Source: Eledone cirrhosa
Lineage: Eukaryota
Assembly (NCBI GenBank): GCA_964016885.1
Contig: OZ024741.1
Coordinates: 288,052,001-288,116,000 of the forward strand
Length of the DNA stretch: 64,000 bases
Direction of reading: 5' to 3'
The position numbers and the translations under genes were made by a program. Numbering within the stretch: the stretch's first letter is position 1; every line of letters starts with the position of its first letter. Below the pieces are notes generated by a model. The model worked only from the letters and a program-made list of their open reading frames with translations, did no database searches and was not told the origin of the DNA. Shown here in pieces: positions 43,303 to 56,639 of this stretch.

Positions 43303-44962
43303 ACATTCAAACACGGGTCTTGTCACCTTTTTAATGACAAGTTTGTATTTTAAGAGCTAGCATAATTTTAAAGAGACACATTATACATATATATATATAT
43401 ATACTTGCATAGATTTGTAACTCTTGATGGAGTCATAGGGGTGCCTTAGTTATGTTTTAAACCTGACAGTACCTACTGTCTATCCAGATTTCTTCCAGAG
43501 ATGGAAAGAGAGAGAGAGAGGGAATGAGAAAGAGATATTGAGGAAGAATCAACCCCAATATTGGACTGCTAGTTTTTTTTTTTTACCTTGGCATGTTTTG
43601 AACTCAGAGAGCACAGACAACTGGATAGAATGTTGCAAAGCACTCTGTCTAATGTTTTAGTGACACTGCTAATTCACGGCCTTGCATGTCGACATATATA
43701 CATACAGCATGTCTTTACTTTTTTTGTTTTTGCATGGGTTGGGACAAGATTATTTTAAGAAGGTTTTATGGGGCCAGGTGCCCTTTCAGAGGGTACACAA
43801 GCCTGTTCTTTATTCTAAACGTATTATACACATTCTAACATTCATCAAACTGCTTTGCTGCAAAACACATTGTTTATGGAGGACACCCAAGTCTTTTCTA
43901 TCATAGCTTTGGACTAACTAATACATCATGAGTGAATTTGGTAGACGGAAACTGTACAGATGCCTGTTGTGAGTGTTTGCGCATGCATGCTGGTTGCTGC
44001 AAAAGGTCATTGTCAGCATTTATAATTAACACCAGGTGACATTGTTTATGTCTCCTATAAACAATATGTCCTATAGCAGTTCAACAAACTTCAGTGGTGT
44101 AAAGCCTAAAGTAGGGGTTAGCATCGTGAAGGGCATCCAGCGGTAGAAAACCTGCTTCAAAATGCCTCATCCAACACATTGAAGCATGGATAAAGTGAAC
44201 CTAAATGTGATAATGATAAACATACATATCTACACACACCTGCCTACATATGTCTCTCTGTATATATACATATATATATCATCACTGTTTAACGTCCATT
44301 TTTCATGCTAGCATGGGTTAGATGAGTTGTCCCATTGTGAGACATGTCAGATCAGATGACCGTATCTTGCTTATATATATATATATATAACATCATATAT
44401 AAACCTGGGATGAGGTGATAAAAACTGACCTTGCTCACTTACACCTCTCTAAAACAATGACACTGGATCGAGATCTTTGGTGCCATGCAGTTGTACAGAA
44501 GACCCGACTGCCATTGCATACAAACCTACTGTTAGTAGGCACCTTTTATGTACACCCCACCCCACACACCCTTTCCCATTCCGCCCAATGTGTCGATGAC
44601 ACAACAATCCACACTGTAAGGTGGCCATGTAGGAGACATGGTAAAAAGGCTCCCAGTCCACACTGTAAATGTGGTTGGTGTTAGGAAGGGCATCCAGCTG
44701 TAAAAACCCTGCCAGAGACACTTCTGTTCGAGCGAGACACGGTCTCCCGACCATTCCCACATCAAATGGAACAAAACTGTCTAACCCATGCTCGCGTGGA
44801 AGATGGACATTAAACGATGATGATGATGAACATTATCATCACCATATACCTGTTTATCATTTCACATCCGTTTTACATGTTACTATATACATACACATCT
44901 ATCATAATAAGATAACAACGAACAGAGGCAGAGCCCAAAAAATAAAAAGATAAGATATTTAC

Positions 44963-45040
44963 TCTTCAGATAAATATAATGTGTGAAGTTGATTTTGAAT
45001 CATTTCAAAATATCCATCTTTTAAGTTGCGACCAAAAGCT
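44963..45040 (-). CDS. NAGS: NAGS coding exon (NAT domain)
   Basis: tttcAG|AGCTTT...GAAGA|GTAAAT; 78 nt, (K)AFGRNLKDGYFEMIQNQLHTLYLSE (compare SFGKKLRDDY...LHSIYVSE). Confidence 0.93.
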
Positions 45041-45084
45041 CTGAAACAACAAAAAATGTAGAAATTAACAAACAAATAACAATA

Positions 45085-46335
45085 ATAATTGTTTCTACTC
45101 TAGGCACAAGGCCTGCAATTTGAAGGGGGAGGTGAAAGTTGATTAAATCAATTCAAGTTCATTACTGGTGCTTTATTTATCGACCCCGTAAGGATGAAAG
45201 ACAAAGCAAACCTCAGCGGGATTTGAACTCAGAATGTAATGGGCCGTAACTCTATGCGAAGCATGATGTCAGATGCTTGCTTTCTGATATAGGCACATGG
45301 TCAACAATTTTTTGGGAGGGAAAAATAGATTAAATCGACCCCATTGCATTACTGGTACTTTATTATATCGATCCCATAAAGATGAAAGGCAAAGCTAACT
45401 TCGACGGGATTCAAACTCAGAATGAAGAGGGATGTAACTATATGCTGGAAAGCATGTTGTCCAATGCTTTACAGATTACTGCCAAAATAATCAAGGTTAC
45501 CAATTTTGGAGAGAAGGGAAAGTATATTAATCTGACCTTAGTATATGACTGGTACTGTATTTTATTGACTTCTGGAAGAATGAAGGGCAAAGTTGTCCTC
45601 AGTTGGATCTCAATTCAGAATGTAAAGAACTGTAACCAAATGTGATGAAGCATTTTGTCCAATGCTTTAATGATTCTGCCAATCCTCCAATAATTATGAT
45701 TTCTGATATAGGCATAAGGCCAGCATTTTGAAGGGGAGGGGAAGTCGATTAAATCGACCCCAGTGTGTTACTGGTACTTTATTTTATCGACCCTGTAAGG
45801 ATGACCTCGGCGGGATTTGGACTCAGAACATAAAGGCCTGTAACTTTATGTTGTGAAGCAGAGTATCTGACGCTCTACTGATACTGCTAATCCACCGCCT
45901 AATAATAATGGTTTGTAATTTAAGCACAATGCCAGCAATTTAGGGGAGGGGGAAATGAATTCCGGTACTTGACTGGTACTTTATTTCATAGAATCAGTCC
46001 TTTACCCCTTCTCCAGAAGAATTAATGACAAAGTTGACCTCAGCAGTATTTGAATGCAGAACATTTATTTGATACATTAACTATTTTGCCAATCTACTGC
46101 CTCAATACTACTACTAATAATAATGGTTTCTTATATAGGCACAAGGCTAGTAATTTAGGGGGAGGGGAAAGTCGATTAAATCGACCCCAGTGCGTGACTG
46201 GTACTTTATTTTATCGACCCCATAAGGATGAAAGGCAAAGTTAAACTCGGTGGGATTTGAACTCAGATCTTAAAGAGCTGTAACTCTATGCTGCAAAGCA
46301 TGGCGTCCGACCCTCTACCGATACTACCAATCCAA
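45085..46335 (-). mobile_element. Tandem array of ~6 SINE copies
   Basis: Repeated GGCACAAGGCC...TACTGGTACTTTATTTTATCGACCCC...GGATTTGAACTCAGA...GCCAATCC units. Confidence 0.88.
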
Positions 46336-46587
46336 TAATGTGGATGTTTGATTCTATGAAACAAAAGCCCCATTTTAAATTTCTCCAACATAATTTTATA
46401 TAAGAACCATATGTTAAGGCACCGTCTTAGTAATGAAACAATAAATTATTTCAGTAAATCCTTCAAAATTCTTCATGAATTAATTGATATAGAAACAGGA
46501 TCATGAAAGGGTAAATTAAGTATATGAATCCTAAGAAACAAAATATATAAACAATAAATATATAAATATAGGTTGTCAAAATCTTAC

Positions 46588-46681
46588 TTCAATAGAAGAT
46601 TATGCAGCCTTGCTTGATCGACTTGTTCAAGGTGATGGTAACTGTGAATTGGTTCAGTTATCTTGAAGAACGTTCCAGAAC
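46588..46681 (-). CDS. NAGS: NAGS coding exon (linker into NAT/DUF619 domain)
   Basis: ctttAG|GTTCT...TTGAA|GTAAGA; 94 nt, (G)SGTFFKITEPIHSYHHLEQVDQARLHNLLL. Completes ELFTHRGSGT. Confidence 0.93.
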
Positions 46682-47869
46682 CTAAAGAATATAGGACAAG
46701 AAAATAAAATGAAGGGATGAAAAGGAGTAAGAAGAGCTTTTGTAACAATAGGAAGGAAAATAAGGACACCATCATCATTTCCCTTTTGCTTTCCATGCTG
46801 GCATGGGTTGGCTGGGCCAGACATCAGATGGATTGGAGCATATGTTTCATATTTGGCATGGATTCTACAGTTAGATGTCCTTCCTAATGCTAAACACCTT
46901 ATAGGGTGAACTGGGTATGTTTTATTGTGCTGGTACTAGTACTTTACAGGTTGTACTAGATGCCTTTTGTTGTGGTACAGGCACTACTACTTTGCATTTT
47001 TTTTCATAGCATCAACCACTAGAGATGTCACATGTTCATCCAGACCGAAGAGTCCTTTCAAACCTTACATCATCTCTGTTTAATCACCTAACCCCATAGC
47101 CCCCTTCCAGTCCCTCACCACATTTACTTTTAGTGTTGCAGAGATTGTACTGATGGACGAGCCCTTTACATTATAGTAAAGGAAGATTATGGTTATTTCT
47201 TGTTCTTTTTTCTAAGTGATTTAGGAAGGGCATCCAACTGTAAAAAACCTGGCCAAACTTACAGTCCCGTCAGAACAAGGCATGGCATGGCCATTCCTGG
47301 CCAGACTTATCTCTTAACGCGGACAACCCGTCTGAGCCATGCAAGCATGGAAAAGTGCACGTTAAACAATGATGATGATGATGGACAGAGCCCCCTGACA
47401 TTTACCGATGCCCTGTACATGCTAACACTGATGTAATCAATACATGTCTTGAACATCTGTTACCCAACAACTGTAGGAAAAGAATGGCCAATATAGTCCC
47501 ATTTTTTTCAGTACGGAAGGACGTTATAATGTTTATTCATTCACATGCTCTTGGCTATGATTATGATTCTTTTGTAGAGAGAAAAGATAGGAGTAAAGTG
47601 GTTATTATGAAAATATAGAGTGAGGTGACAGTATGTGTGTGTTAAACAAGTGTTGAGTTGTCATGTTCTATAGTTAGTTAGGTCAGATGACTGTCTTTCT
47701 CATACGTTTCATTCTGGTATGGATTTTATTACTGGACACCCTTCCTAACTCCAATCACTACACGACATGTGCCAGGTGCAGTTTTTCATGGCACACCAGC
47801 ACTACTACTTTACAGTGTGTGCTGAGGCCATTTTAGTATGGCACCAGCAGCGCACACATATACATTTCT

Positions 47870-48180
47870 CCCCTAGTATTCGCAGGGGATTACGTTCCTA
47901 GAGCACCTGGAAAGAGTGAAAATCTGCGAATATTGAACTTGGTCGATAAAAATGCCTATAAACATCAAAACATAAGGTAAAATATATATTGCTATTAAAA
48001 TATATTTAGCATTAAAAAGTGTGAAAGAATATATATTGTTACAAAAAAAGCCATTAAAAAATCGTGGAAGATATTTACGATTCCGTGAATATACGGTGGT
48101 TCCCACGAACAATTATTAGTTAGGTTCTGTGGAAAATTCCATGAATAACTGGGACCACGAATGCTGGGGGTACACTGTAT
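47870..48180. mobile_element. Tigger-like MITE (related copy in opposite orientation at ~62963-63362)
   Basis: Both copies share CCACGAACAATTATTAGTTAGGTTCT.TGGAAAATTCC. This copy ends ...GGGGGTACACTG-TA. Confidence 0.7.
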
Positions 48181-48239
48181 ATAATATACCTATATACACA
48201 CACACACACACACACGCACGCATATATATACATTGACAA

Positions 48240-49020
48240 CAATTATCTCTATTTATGCACCATAATCAGGTCTATGTAAGGAACAAAAGGACAGTTTCTA
48301 TGAAGGTGACAGACCTCATCATCCTAGCAGGTGACTTCTATGGACATGTTGAGCAGTACCAAGATGGCAGCACTGAGTTCATTGCAGTTATGGTTATGGC
48401 TCAAGAAAAGAAGAGGGAGCAAGGTTCCTAATATTCTTTGAAGTACATAAACTTGCAATTTGCAATACTAGCTTCAGGAACCCAGCCATGATCACAGCAA
48501 TTAGGTGAACACACAAGCCAGATTGACTTTTTATTTGTTAGAAAATGGGATAAGCAGATGGTTATGAATACTAAGACCTTCCCTGGAGAAGACTACACCA
48601 CACAACATAAGTTACTTATTAGTGACATTAGAATAAGAAACACAAGAAAATATATAGGATACCTGTTAGATGCAGGTTCAGAAAGGCTTTATGTGATGCA
48701 TATGGAGGAGTTAGATACATAAGACAAAGAAGACAATAGGAAATTCCTACATGACAATCTATTTCATGCTACTGAAGAGACTTGTGACTGGAGCAAAGCA
48801 TCAGCTAGACAGAGAGAAACCTGATGGTAGAACAGCACACTTGATAGAGCCATTAAAGCCAAGAGACAGGTGTGGAAAGGCAGGAAAAATGAGGACAGCA
48901 AAGACCAGTGCCAGGTAGCCAAAAGAGAGGCTAAGTGACAGGTATACATAGCAAGGAAAGTAGCAGAAAGCAGGATGTTTGCCAATGTCTTGTGATGTGA
49001 TGATCAAATATAAGAGGTAA
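48240..49020 (+). mobile_element. RTE LINE AP-endonuclease region, highly decayed
   Basis: Remnants LIILAGDFYGHV, YGYGSR.EEG.R, LAICNT.F, SQIDF and HKLLISD, with stops and frameshifts. Confidence 0.75.
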
Positions 49021-49154
49021 CTAGCTAAAACCACCAAGCTCCCAGTAGATCCTCTACTTTCACTAATATACCCATTCTACATCTCACCATGTATATAGTA
49101 CTTCTTTGAGTTGCAGTCCCAGTACTGCAGACTATCAATATATATATATATATA

Positions 49155-50276
49155 CAGGGTGTAACAGGTAAATTGGGACAAGTTTCAAATGGGTATATTT
49201 CTAGATCAAATTATAAATGTTAATAAAGAATTAAACCGCAGAAGTGTAATTGCCGAATTATTCCACACCGGCAAAGTGTTGGGGAAAATTGTTAGTCACA
49301 AAGTATGCTAAATCTACTGTTTTTAGAGTTGTAGACAATTTGAAGAAAAGTCAGGATGTTCAGAGAAAGCTTGACAGTCCTTGCAGTGACCAAAAATGCA
49401 CACCTTACTTCCTAGCAGGACTTAAAAGATCGATTGAGTTAAACCCATTAAAATCGATGGCAAAGGTGGCTCAAGATCAGGGAATCAGTGAAATGACCGT
49501 TTCTAGGGCTATGAGACAAGACCTCCACCTCCTAACAACCCGCTCCAAAGCCATTCAAGCTGAAAGAAGTCCTAAACTTCTTAGTCATATGAAACATTGT
49601 GGCAGAGACATCCGCATCTTTGTGGATGAAAAGAAGTTTGTGGCAGTCGAACTTGCAAACTGTCAAAACTCACGAGTGATGGCATACAACTCTTTCCAAG
49701 TTTCTTCAGCTATGCATAGCAAGAATCTGGCTTCCATTATGGTCTTTCAAGTTGTTGCAAGTGATAGGAAATTGATGCCTCATTTTATTGAAGTGGGTCT
49801 TAAAATCAACACAGCAGAGTATCTCAAAATCCTAGAAGTTTTGGTGCCTTGGATTAGGAAGTACTATGATGCTTGTACAGAACTCTGTGCCCACCCATTC
49901 TTCAAAAAGCGTGCAAGAAATTTTCAAGAAGGAAATGCCCATGTTTGTCACTAAAGATATCTGGCCCTCTAGCTTGCCAGATTTGAAACTGTGTGATTTT
50001 TGGCTATGGGGGAGGGGGGTAGTTGAAGCAATATACAACGAAATATATAACATTCAGTAAAATGAAAAAGAAAGAAATAGTTAAGGCATGCGCATCATTT
50101 CGTAAACGGATTGAACTGGTAAAGAAAGCAAATGGTGGTCGCATTGAACTGAAATAAGTGCTAAACACTCCCCAATAAATTGGCCTAACTATAAAATTTG
50201 CAGTGTTTGATTTTTCCAAATTATACCAATTATAATAAAGATATTTAAATAGTCCCAATTTACCTATTACACCTTG
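49155..50276 (+). mobile_element. Tc1/mariner DD37D (maT) transposon, decayed
   Basis: 25-bp TIRs CAGGGTGTAACAGGTAAATTGGGAC / CAAGGTGTAATAGGTAAATTGGGAC, TA-flanked. Transposase remnants IFVDEKKF and (frameshifted) VQNSVPTH...WPSSLPDLKLCDF, with 37 residues between the second (mutated to N) and third catalytic positions. Confidence 0.9.
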
Positions 50277-51820
50277 TATATATACAAGCACAAACTCGCT
50301 ATCTTAGAGATAGTGTATTTGCCTTGTTACATAATCCTGATATTTTCACAAAGTCTTTCATTGCAGAGCTACACTCTTCAAGACAATCCTCTACCCAACT
50401 CCACTAAAATTGTTTATCAATTACGTGGATCTCACCTGTCTGGGAGTTCCTGTAAATTCGCAATCACTGCCCCTCTCCCTCTCACTAACTTCTCTTAGTC
50501 TGAGGGAGGAGAGATGAGAGAGGCATGATGATGGGGGGAAAATTCCAGTGGAATTCCTTGTCTAACTTCTTATGAAAGATAAAAGAACAGATCATTGATA
50601 AAAATAGTTAAATATCTTGACGTTTGATTCAACAGATTGTTAATTTGTGATTCTTTACAGATGACCTTTATATCTAATATTTTTACTGTTCATAAATAAC
50701 ACATACAGCTACAACAATCACATTCCCTAAACATTCCTGCTCTCATGATTTCTGATAATCTTTTATATAGCAACCAGGCATTTTTTTTACTTATAGCTAA
50801 GATTACATCAACTACACAAAAGCAAAACCAAAAACGTAAATGAGGTGAGCTGTTCCTTTTCAGAAATAATCAGCAAACACTTCAGCACTGAACAGTTGCC
50901 AATCCAATACATGCTACAAAATTCCTCACAAAATATATGGGATGAGGCATTCAACGTATAAGATATATTTATACAGTACAGACTAAACATATATAAGAAG
51001 AATTACTCAACACATACATAAGACACACTCACATACTATAGATTAAACACATCAGGAAGAAAGCACCCAAAATAATGTCCTTCTCTGCCAGCAAGGGTTG
51101 GACAGGTCATCACAGACTGTGTCAGTACTCAAGTGGAATTACTGACTTCTAAGATGGACTGGGGCCTGCATTTCTCTTGCATACATTACCACATTCTACC
51201 AAGTGCATTTTATCAAGGCATTAGTATGATCCTTTGTTTGGCAGGTTTTCTTTACAGCATGTTCTGGGTGCTTTTTGTTGTAGCACTAGCACTTTACATG
51301 TGTTATTATTTAGCCCCAAGTCAACCTTGCTTGAGCAGACCCATGATCAAATGCAGTCCAGCTGTGAACACTGTCCTTTTGGAAACGTATCCAAGACTAC
51401 ATTAACTAATGTGTTCAAGATTACATTAACTAATGTATCCTTTATTTAAGATGCAAATGTGTAATTCAAGGTATATTTGGTTGCTATTTCTAGCCAAAAG
51501 GAGAGGTAGGTGCACAAGTGGAATTGGTATATAGCCAATGTCATTATAGTGGCAGTGGATTGGCAGAATCGTTAGAACACCAGACAAAATGCTTTGTAGT
51601 GTTTGCTTATGGCTCGAGATTAACATTGCCTTTCATCCTTCCAATGTCAATAAAACAAAGTACCAGTAAACTACTGGGGTGGATTTAATTGACTATTCCC
51701 TCCAAAAAATTACTGGCCTTGTGCCTAAAGTAGTAATCATTATGGAAGCTGTGATAGGAAACTGCCTGCTACTGCTGTTGTTATAGAGGAAGTGATACTG
51801 TGAAATGCAATAGGTCTTAC

Positions 51821-51920
51821 CTCGATGTGTGAACAATTCTTGTAGCATTTTGTCCACTGATGTTATCACAACGGAACTATGACTGGGAAGTTGATATAGT
51901 AGGTCTGAGATCCTTGATAT
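51821..51920 (-). CDS. NAGS: NAGS coding exon (start of arginine-binding ELF motif)
   Basis: ctaccAG|ATATCA...CGAG|GTAAGA; 100 nt, ISRISDLLYQLPSHSSVVITSVDKMLQELFTHR(G) (compare LP.HSSAVIT...ELFS.KG). Confidence 0.93.
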
Positions 51921-51954
51921 CTGGTAGAAGAAATAGAACAGAAATATTAATAAT

Positions 51955-52350
51955 GATTTCTAATTTAGACACAAGGCCAGCAATTCAGGGGGAGGGGGGA
52001 GTCAATTACATCAACTTCAGTACATGACTGGTACATTGCTTTATTGACCTGTCCCTGGATGGATGAAAGGCAAAGTTGACCTTGGTGGGATTTGAACTCA
52101 GAATGTAGAAAATCATAACTAAATACTGCAAAGCATTTTGTCTGACACTCTACCATCCTAAGTTTCGAATTTTGGCATAAGGCCAGCAATTTTGAGGAGA
52201 AGACAATTGGTTAAATCAACCCCAGTTTTTGACTGGTATTTTGTTTTATCAACCTCGGAAGGATGACAGGCAATGTTGACCGTGGCAGGATTTGAACTCA
52301 GAATGTAATAGCAGGAACAAATACTGCTAAGCATTTGTCCATTGCTGTAA
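51955..52350 (-). mobile_element. SINE dimer (similar dimer at 59098-59490)
   Basis: Two head-to-tail reverse copies of the dominant SINE. Confidence 0.8.
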
Positions 52351-52914
52351 TGATTCTGCCAATAAGAAAGACTTCTTTATTAGTCACATGAGCTTGAACA
52401 TAGAATACAGAAAACATCATAAACAAAATGATTTCAATACAAAGGAACAAAGTTATAGAATGGACTTCTGTCGGTTTCAATAGTGAATGTTTCAGTTGTT
52501 TGACCAACAGTATACCCTGCTCATGAAATCAACACGTAAGTGACTGAGCATTCTACAGACACATATGTTATTGATGTAATTCTCAGTGAGATTCAACATC
52601 ACAGTGTATGATAATGCGGGCCTTTTGAATTATAGGTACAGTTAATCCACTGGGCTTTCAAACAGTTTCTGTCTACCCAATTTCACTCACAAGGCTTGGA
52701 TTGACCCAAGGCTATGATCAATAACATTTGCCCTAGATACCACATAGCAGGATAAAACCTAGGCTTTCATGATTGTGAATTGTTGCATCCACAAAACAAA
52801 AGTATATAAAATGAGGAAAGGGCCTCATAAGAACTTTAGTCTACTTTAAGGCCTTTCAATTTTAGGTTTTACTTCTATATGTGAAATTTCTTTTCTAACT
52901 GTACTACTTCTTGT

Positions 52915-53710
52915 GACGCTAAACTCCGCCAGTTGCAGACTGCGCATCAACATGAGATATCTCTCTCCACAAAGTTCGATCACCAGCAGCAGAGTTCAAA
53001 GAGCAAAGATCAAGTCCAGTCCATAAGTTGACATTGTCAAGCCATCGTTTTGGCTGCCGACCTCTGCTTCGCTTACCAGCCAGCCTTCCTTCCAGGCATA
53101 ACCTACTCACACCACTAGTTGATCTTTTTATATGGTCATATAGTTTGAGTACTCTTGACTTGACATATGAGTAATTGGTCTAAGTTAGGTAATGTTGAAC
53201 AGCACACTGATACAGATATGGTCGCTGAGCCGCTTGCCAGTCATAAGTCTCATGATGTGGTTCTGGAATGTAGAGAGCTTCTGAAGTGACCTTGTCGTCC
53301 AATTAACACAGTCAAGACCATATAACACAACTGTACTACAGATTTGGCTAAAAGAACTAGGTCATCAGCATAAAGGAGTTCCCATAGACAGCCTGTCTGA
53401 AACTCCTGTTATGGTCTAGAGAACTGGGCCCAGGTGGATTTTACCTGTATGTTAAATCTATCCTTGTACCACTCAAACTGCATACTTTGTAGATGGCTTG
53501 CACAGGCTTCACAAACCATTCACCTACCACAAGTTTCCTTAGTGACCACTAGATTACAGAGAATGGATACCAAATGGTAAGTTGAGAGGCTTACTCCTAG
53601 CTAAGTATTGCTCTTGCAGTTGTCTCGCTAAGATGTAGGCATCATTAGTACCTTTTCTTAGCACAAAACCAAACTATATCTAGACTAATTCTGTCCTGAA
53701 CTAGCTGTGC
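52915..53710 (-). mobile_element. RTE LINE fragments (RT region and a C-terminal piece)
   Basis: Minus strand reads FGFV.RKGT.DA...RQLQE.YLA near 53600-53680, GCLWELLYADDL near 53360-53395, and LEGRLAGKRSRGRQPKRWLDNV at 52919-53110. Confidence 0.8.
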
Positions 53711-54063
53711 TATAACTCTGGATAAAATTGGTTAAATTATTCTCAGAAACGGAAAACATTTAACAGAGACGGCTCTGTTCACTTTTTTTCATCTTTAAGT
53801 GTAATTTACCCAATTTTCTCAATTATTATCTACACTGAATGACTTATTATTACAGTTAATTTCTGCATTTGAGAATCTCACATTTTCAAATTTCAAACAT
53901 TTTTTGTGCTTTGATAATTCGTAAAGTTTATATATATATGTGTGTGTGTGTGTAAAAAGTAAACAGAAATAACAAAGCAAACGACACAGTACATTGAAGA
54001 AATATATATATATATATACACACCACATAGGTGTGTACGTATATATTATTAAGCCATACTTAC

Positions 54064-54144
54064 TCGACTTTTGATTTCAGGTGTGTACCATGGTTTTTCG
54101 GCTATTGTTTCCAAATCTACAGGTAAATTGATGTTAGGAATGAC
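54064..54144 (-). CDS. NAGS: NAGS coding exon
   Basis: gaatAG|GTCATT...AGTCGA|GTAAGT; 81 nt, phase 0/0, VIPNINLPVDLETIAEKPWYTPEIKSR (compare vertebrate VLSNVNLPADL...W). Confidence 0.92.
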
Positions 54145-56639
54145 CTATTCAATGAGAAGACAATACATTATAATATTGATTACTGTATTAGATTATTAGT
54201 TTTTATTTATAATAAAGTGATATTATTTCATTATAAATACTGATTCAACTGTTGTTTTCTTGGTTTCAGTCATTAGAGACCAGCAATGCTGAAGCACTGC
54301 CTTAAATGTATTTAGTCAATCATATCACACCAGGTTCTTATCTTTTGAAGTCTGGTAATTGTTTAATTGATTTCGTTTTGTCATAGATACTGACACAAAT
54401 GCCAACATACACATATACACACACACACACACACACAGACATATCTTACCAACTCGTACCATACATCACTCCTTTACACTTTATCACACTTGTCATACCC
54501 TCATGACATCATGCCTATCATGTTCCTCACACATGGTTCACTTGGAACAAGTCAACGTCTTCTCTCCCCAATAGGGTAGAGAGGGCTCTCCAGTTGAGTC
54601 ACTGATGACAACCTCCCTAATGCTGATGCAATGTTGAACAGTTGCTGTTACATGTAGGATGAATCCAGCAATTGGCTGAGTCCATCATGAAGATAGCTTT
54701 GCCATGTTTCTTCACTTGGAAAAGACAGGCAGTTTTCATCTACATTGTGGTTATAGTAAAAAAGATTGTATGATGGACGTGCTTGAAAGGGTTCAAAACA
54801 GACATTTGCCTCTTCGACGAGGCCTTTGTTAACTTTTTTCAAATTTCATTTGGAGAAGAAAATCAGGGTGGAGAGTCTGTTGAAAGGTGGATGAGAGTGG
54901 AAAATATGGTCCGAGTGTTTGGGCCTGCCCTGAGTATGCCTTGGGTGTGGGAGCACAACTGGGAGGGGGAACTTGCCTTAGTGGTCAGGGTGATCATGGT
55001 TTTTTGTAGGCTTCCTCCTTAGAAATATCCCCACCCTAATTGGGGAATTTTTTTTGTTTTAATTTTTTTATGTGTTTTCTATTATCACACCTTTTACACA
55101 AAAAATCCCACATTATATTGTTCTGTGCCATTTACAATGTTTTCTTCATGTCGGCCCTTTGTGGCCAATAAACTAACCCTAACCCGTCAAGGTTAACTTT
55201 ACCTTACATCCTTACGGGGTCGATAAAATAAAGTACCAGTAATGCACTGGAGTAATTGCTGGCCTTGTGCCAAAAGTAGAAATAATTATTAATGTTGTTG
55301 TTATTATTATTATTATTGTTATTATTATTTAATTAGGGCTGGATTGGCAGTATCAGTTGAGTATCAGATAAAATGCTTTGTTTTAATTACAACCCTCCAC
55401 ATTCTAAGTTCAAATCCTTCCATGGTCAACTTTGCCTTCTGTTCATTCATGGTCAATAAATAAAGTACTAAGGTTAATATAACCAACAATCCCCTTTCCT
55501 CAAATTGCTGACCTTGTGTCTAAATTAGGGACCATTAATATTATTATTAGCACTAAGAGGAGTGGATTAGCAAGATCATTAGATCATTGGACAAAATTCC
55601 TTATGGTATTTAGTTATGACCTTTTATGTTCTGAGTTCAAATCCCACCGAGGTCTACTTTGTCTTTTATCCTTCCATGGTTGATAAAATAAAGTACCAGT
55701 CAAGTACTCGGATTGCTATAATCAACTATCCCCTCCCCTCCGAATTTATGGCTTCATGCCAACACGAGAAACTATTCTACCTGTTTCTTTCCCCTCCTCC
55801 TTCCTTTCTACCACCACCTTCAAACACTACACATATTACTACCAGCACATGCCAACATGCACATCCACAGATGGGGAGAGAGAGAGAGAGAGCGCGAGAG
55901 AGAGACTGAAATCTGATTATGTTGTTGACGTCACTGATATAATATACACACATACAGATTATCATGTACACCAACTACACACACATATATAGAGAGAGAC
56001 ATACAAACATAAACATACACACACACTATGCTATATACCAGCTACATACACTATAACAAACCCTAACACACATACATTCACACATACATACTATACTATA
56101 TACCAGCGACACACTATCACAAACACAAGTCACACATGTGCACACACACACACGTACTCACATGCACACCTGTTACCCCCCCCCCCCCACTCACACACAC
56201 AACCCCATTCACCAGCTACACTCCCAAACATACATATACCCTCACATTCCCACATACATACACAGACTTCCATGTTCACCAGCTGCACTCTCACGCATAC
56301 ACATACTCACATTGTTACACACATACATGCACTACCATGTTCACTAGCTATTCTCTCACATATACACTAACACACACCAAGAAGATAAATAGATATCCTG
56401 GGGGAGAAGCTAAGTCAGAGAGATTTAGCTTTAGATTATTTTGGTGAATAAATTGTTAACAAGAAATAAGAGAAAGAGAGAGACTGAGGTTGTGTGTGTA
56501 TGTGAAAGAGAGAGAGAGAGAGAGTGGTGGGGAGAGAAAAAAACCCAGAGTGACAGAGAGGAAGAATCAGAGTATACATTGCAAGCAGATGGATTCTTCA
56601 GAGAATTACACTTATATAAACATAAATATATGTACCTCT

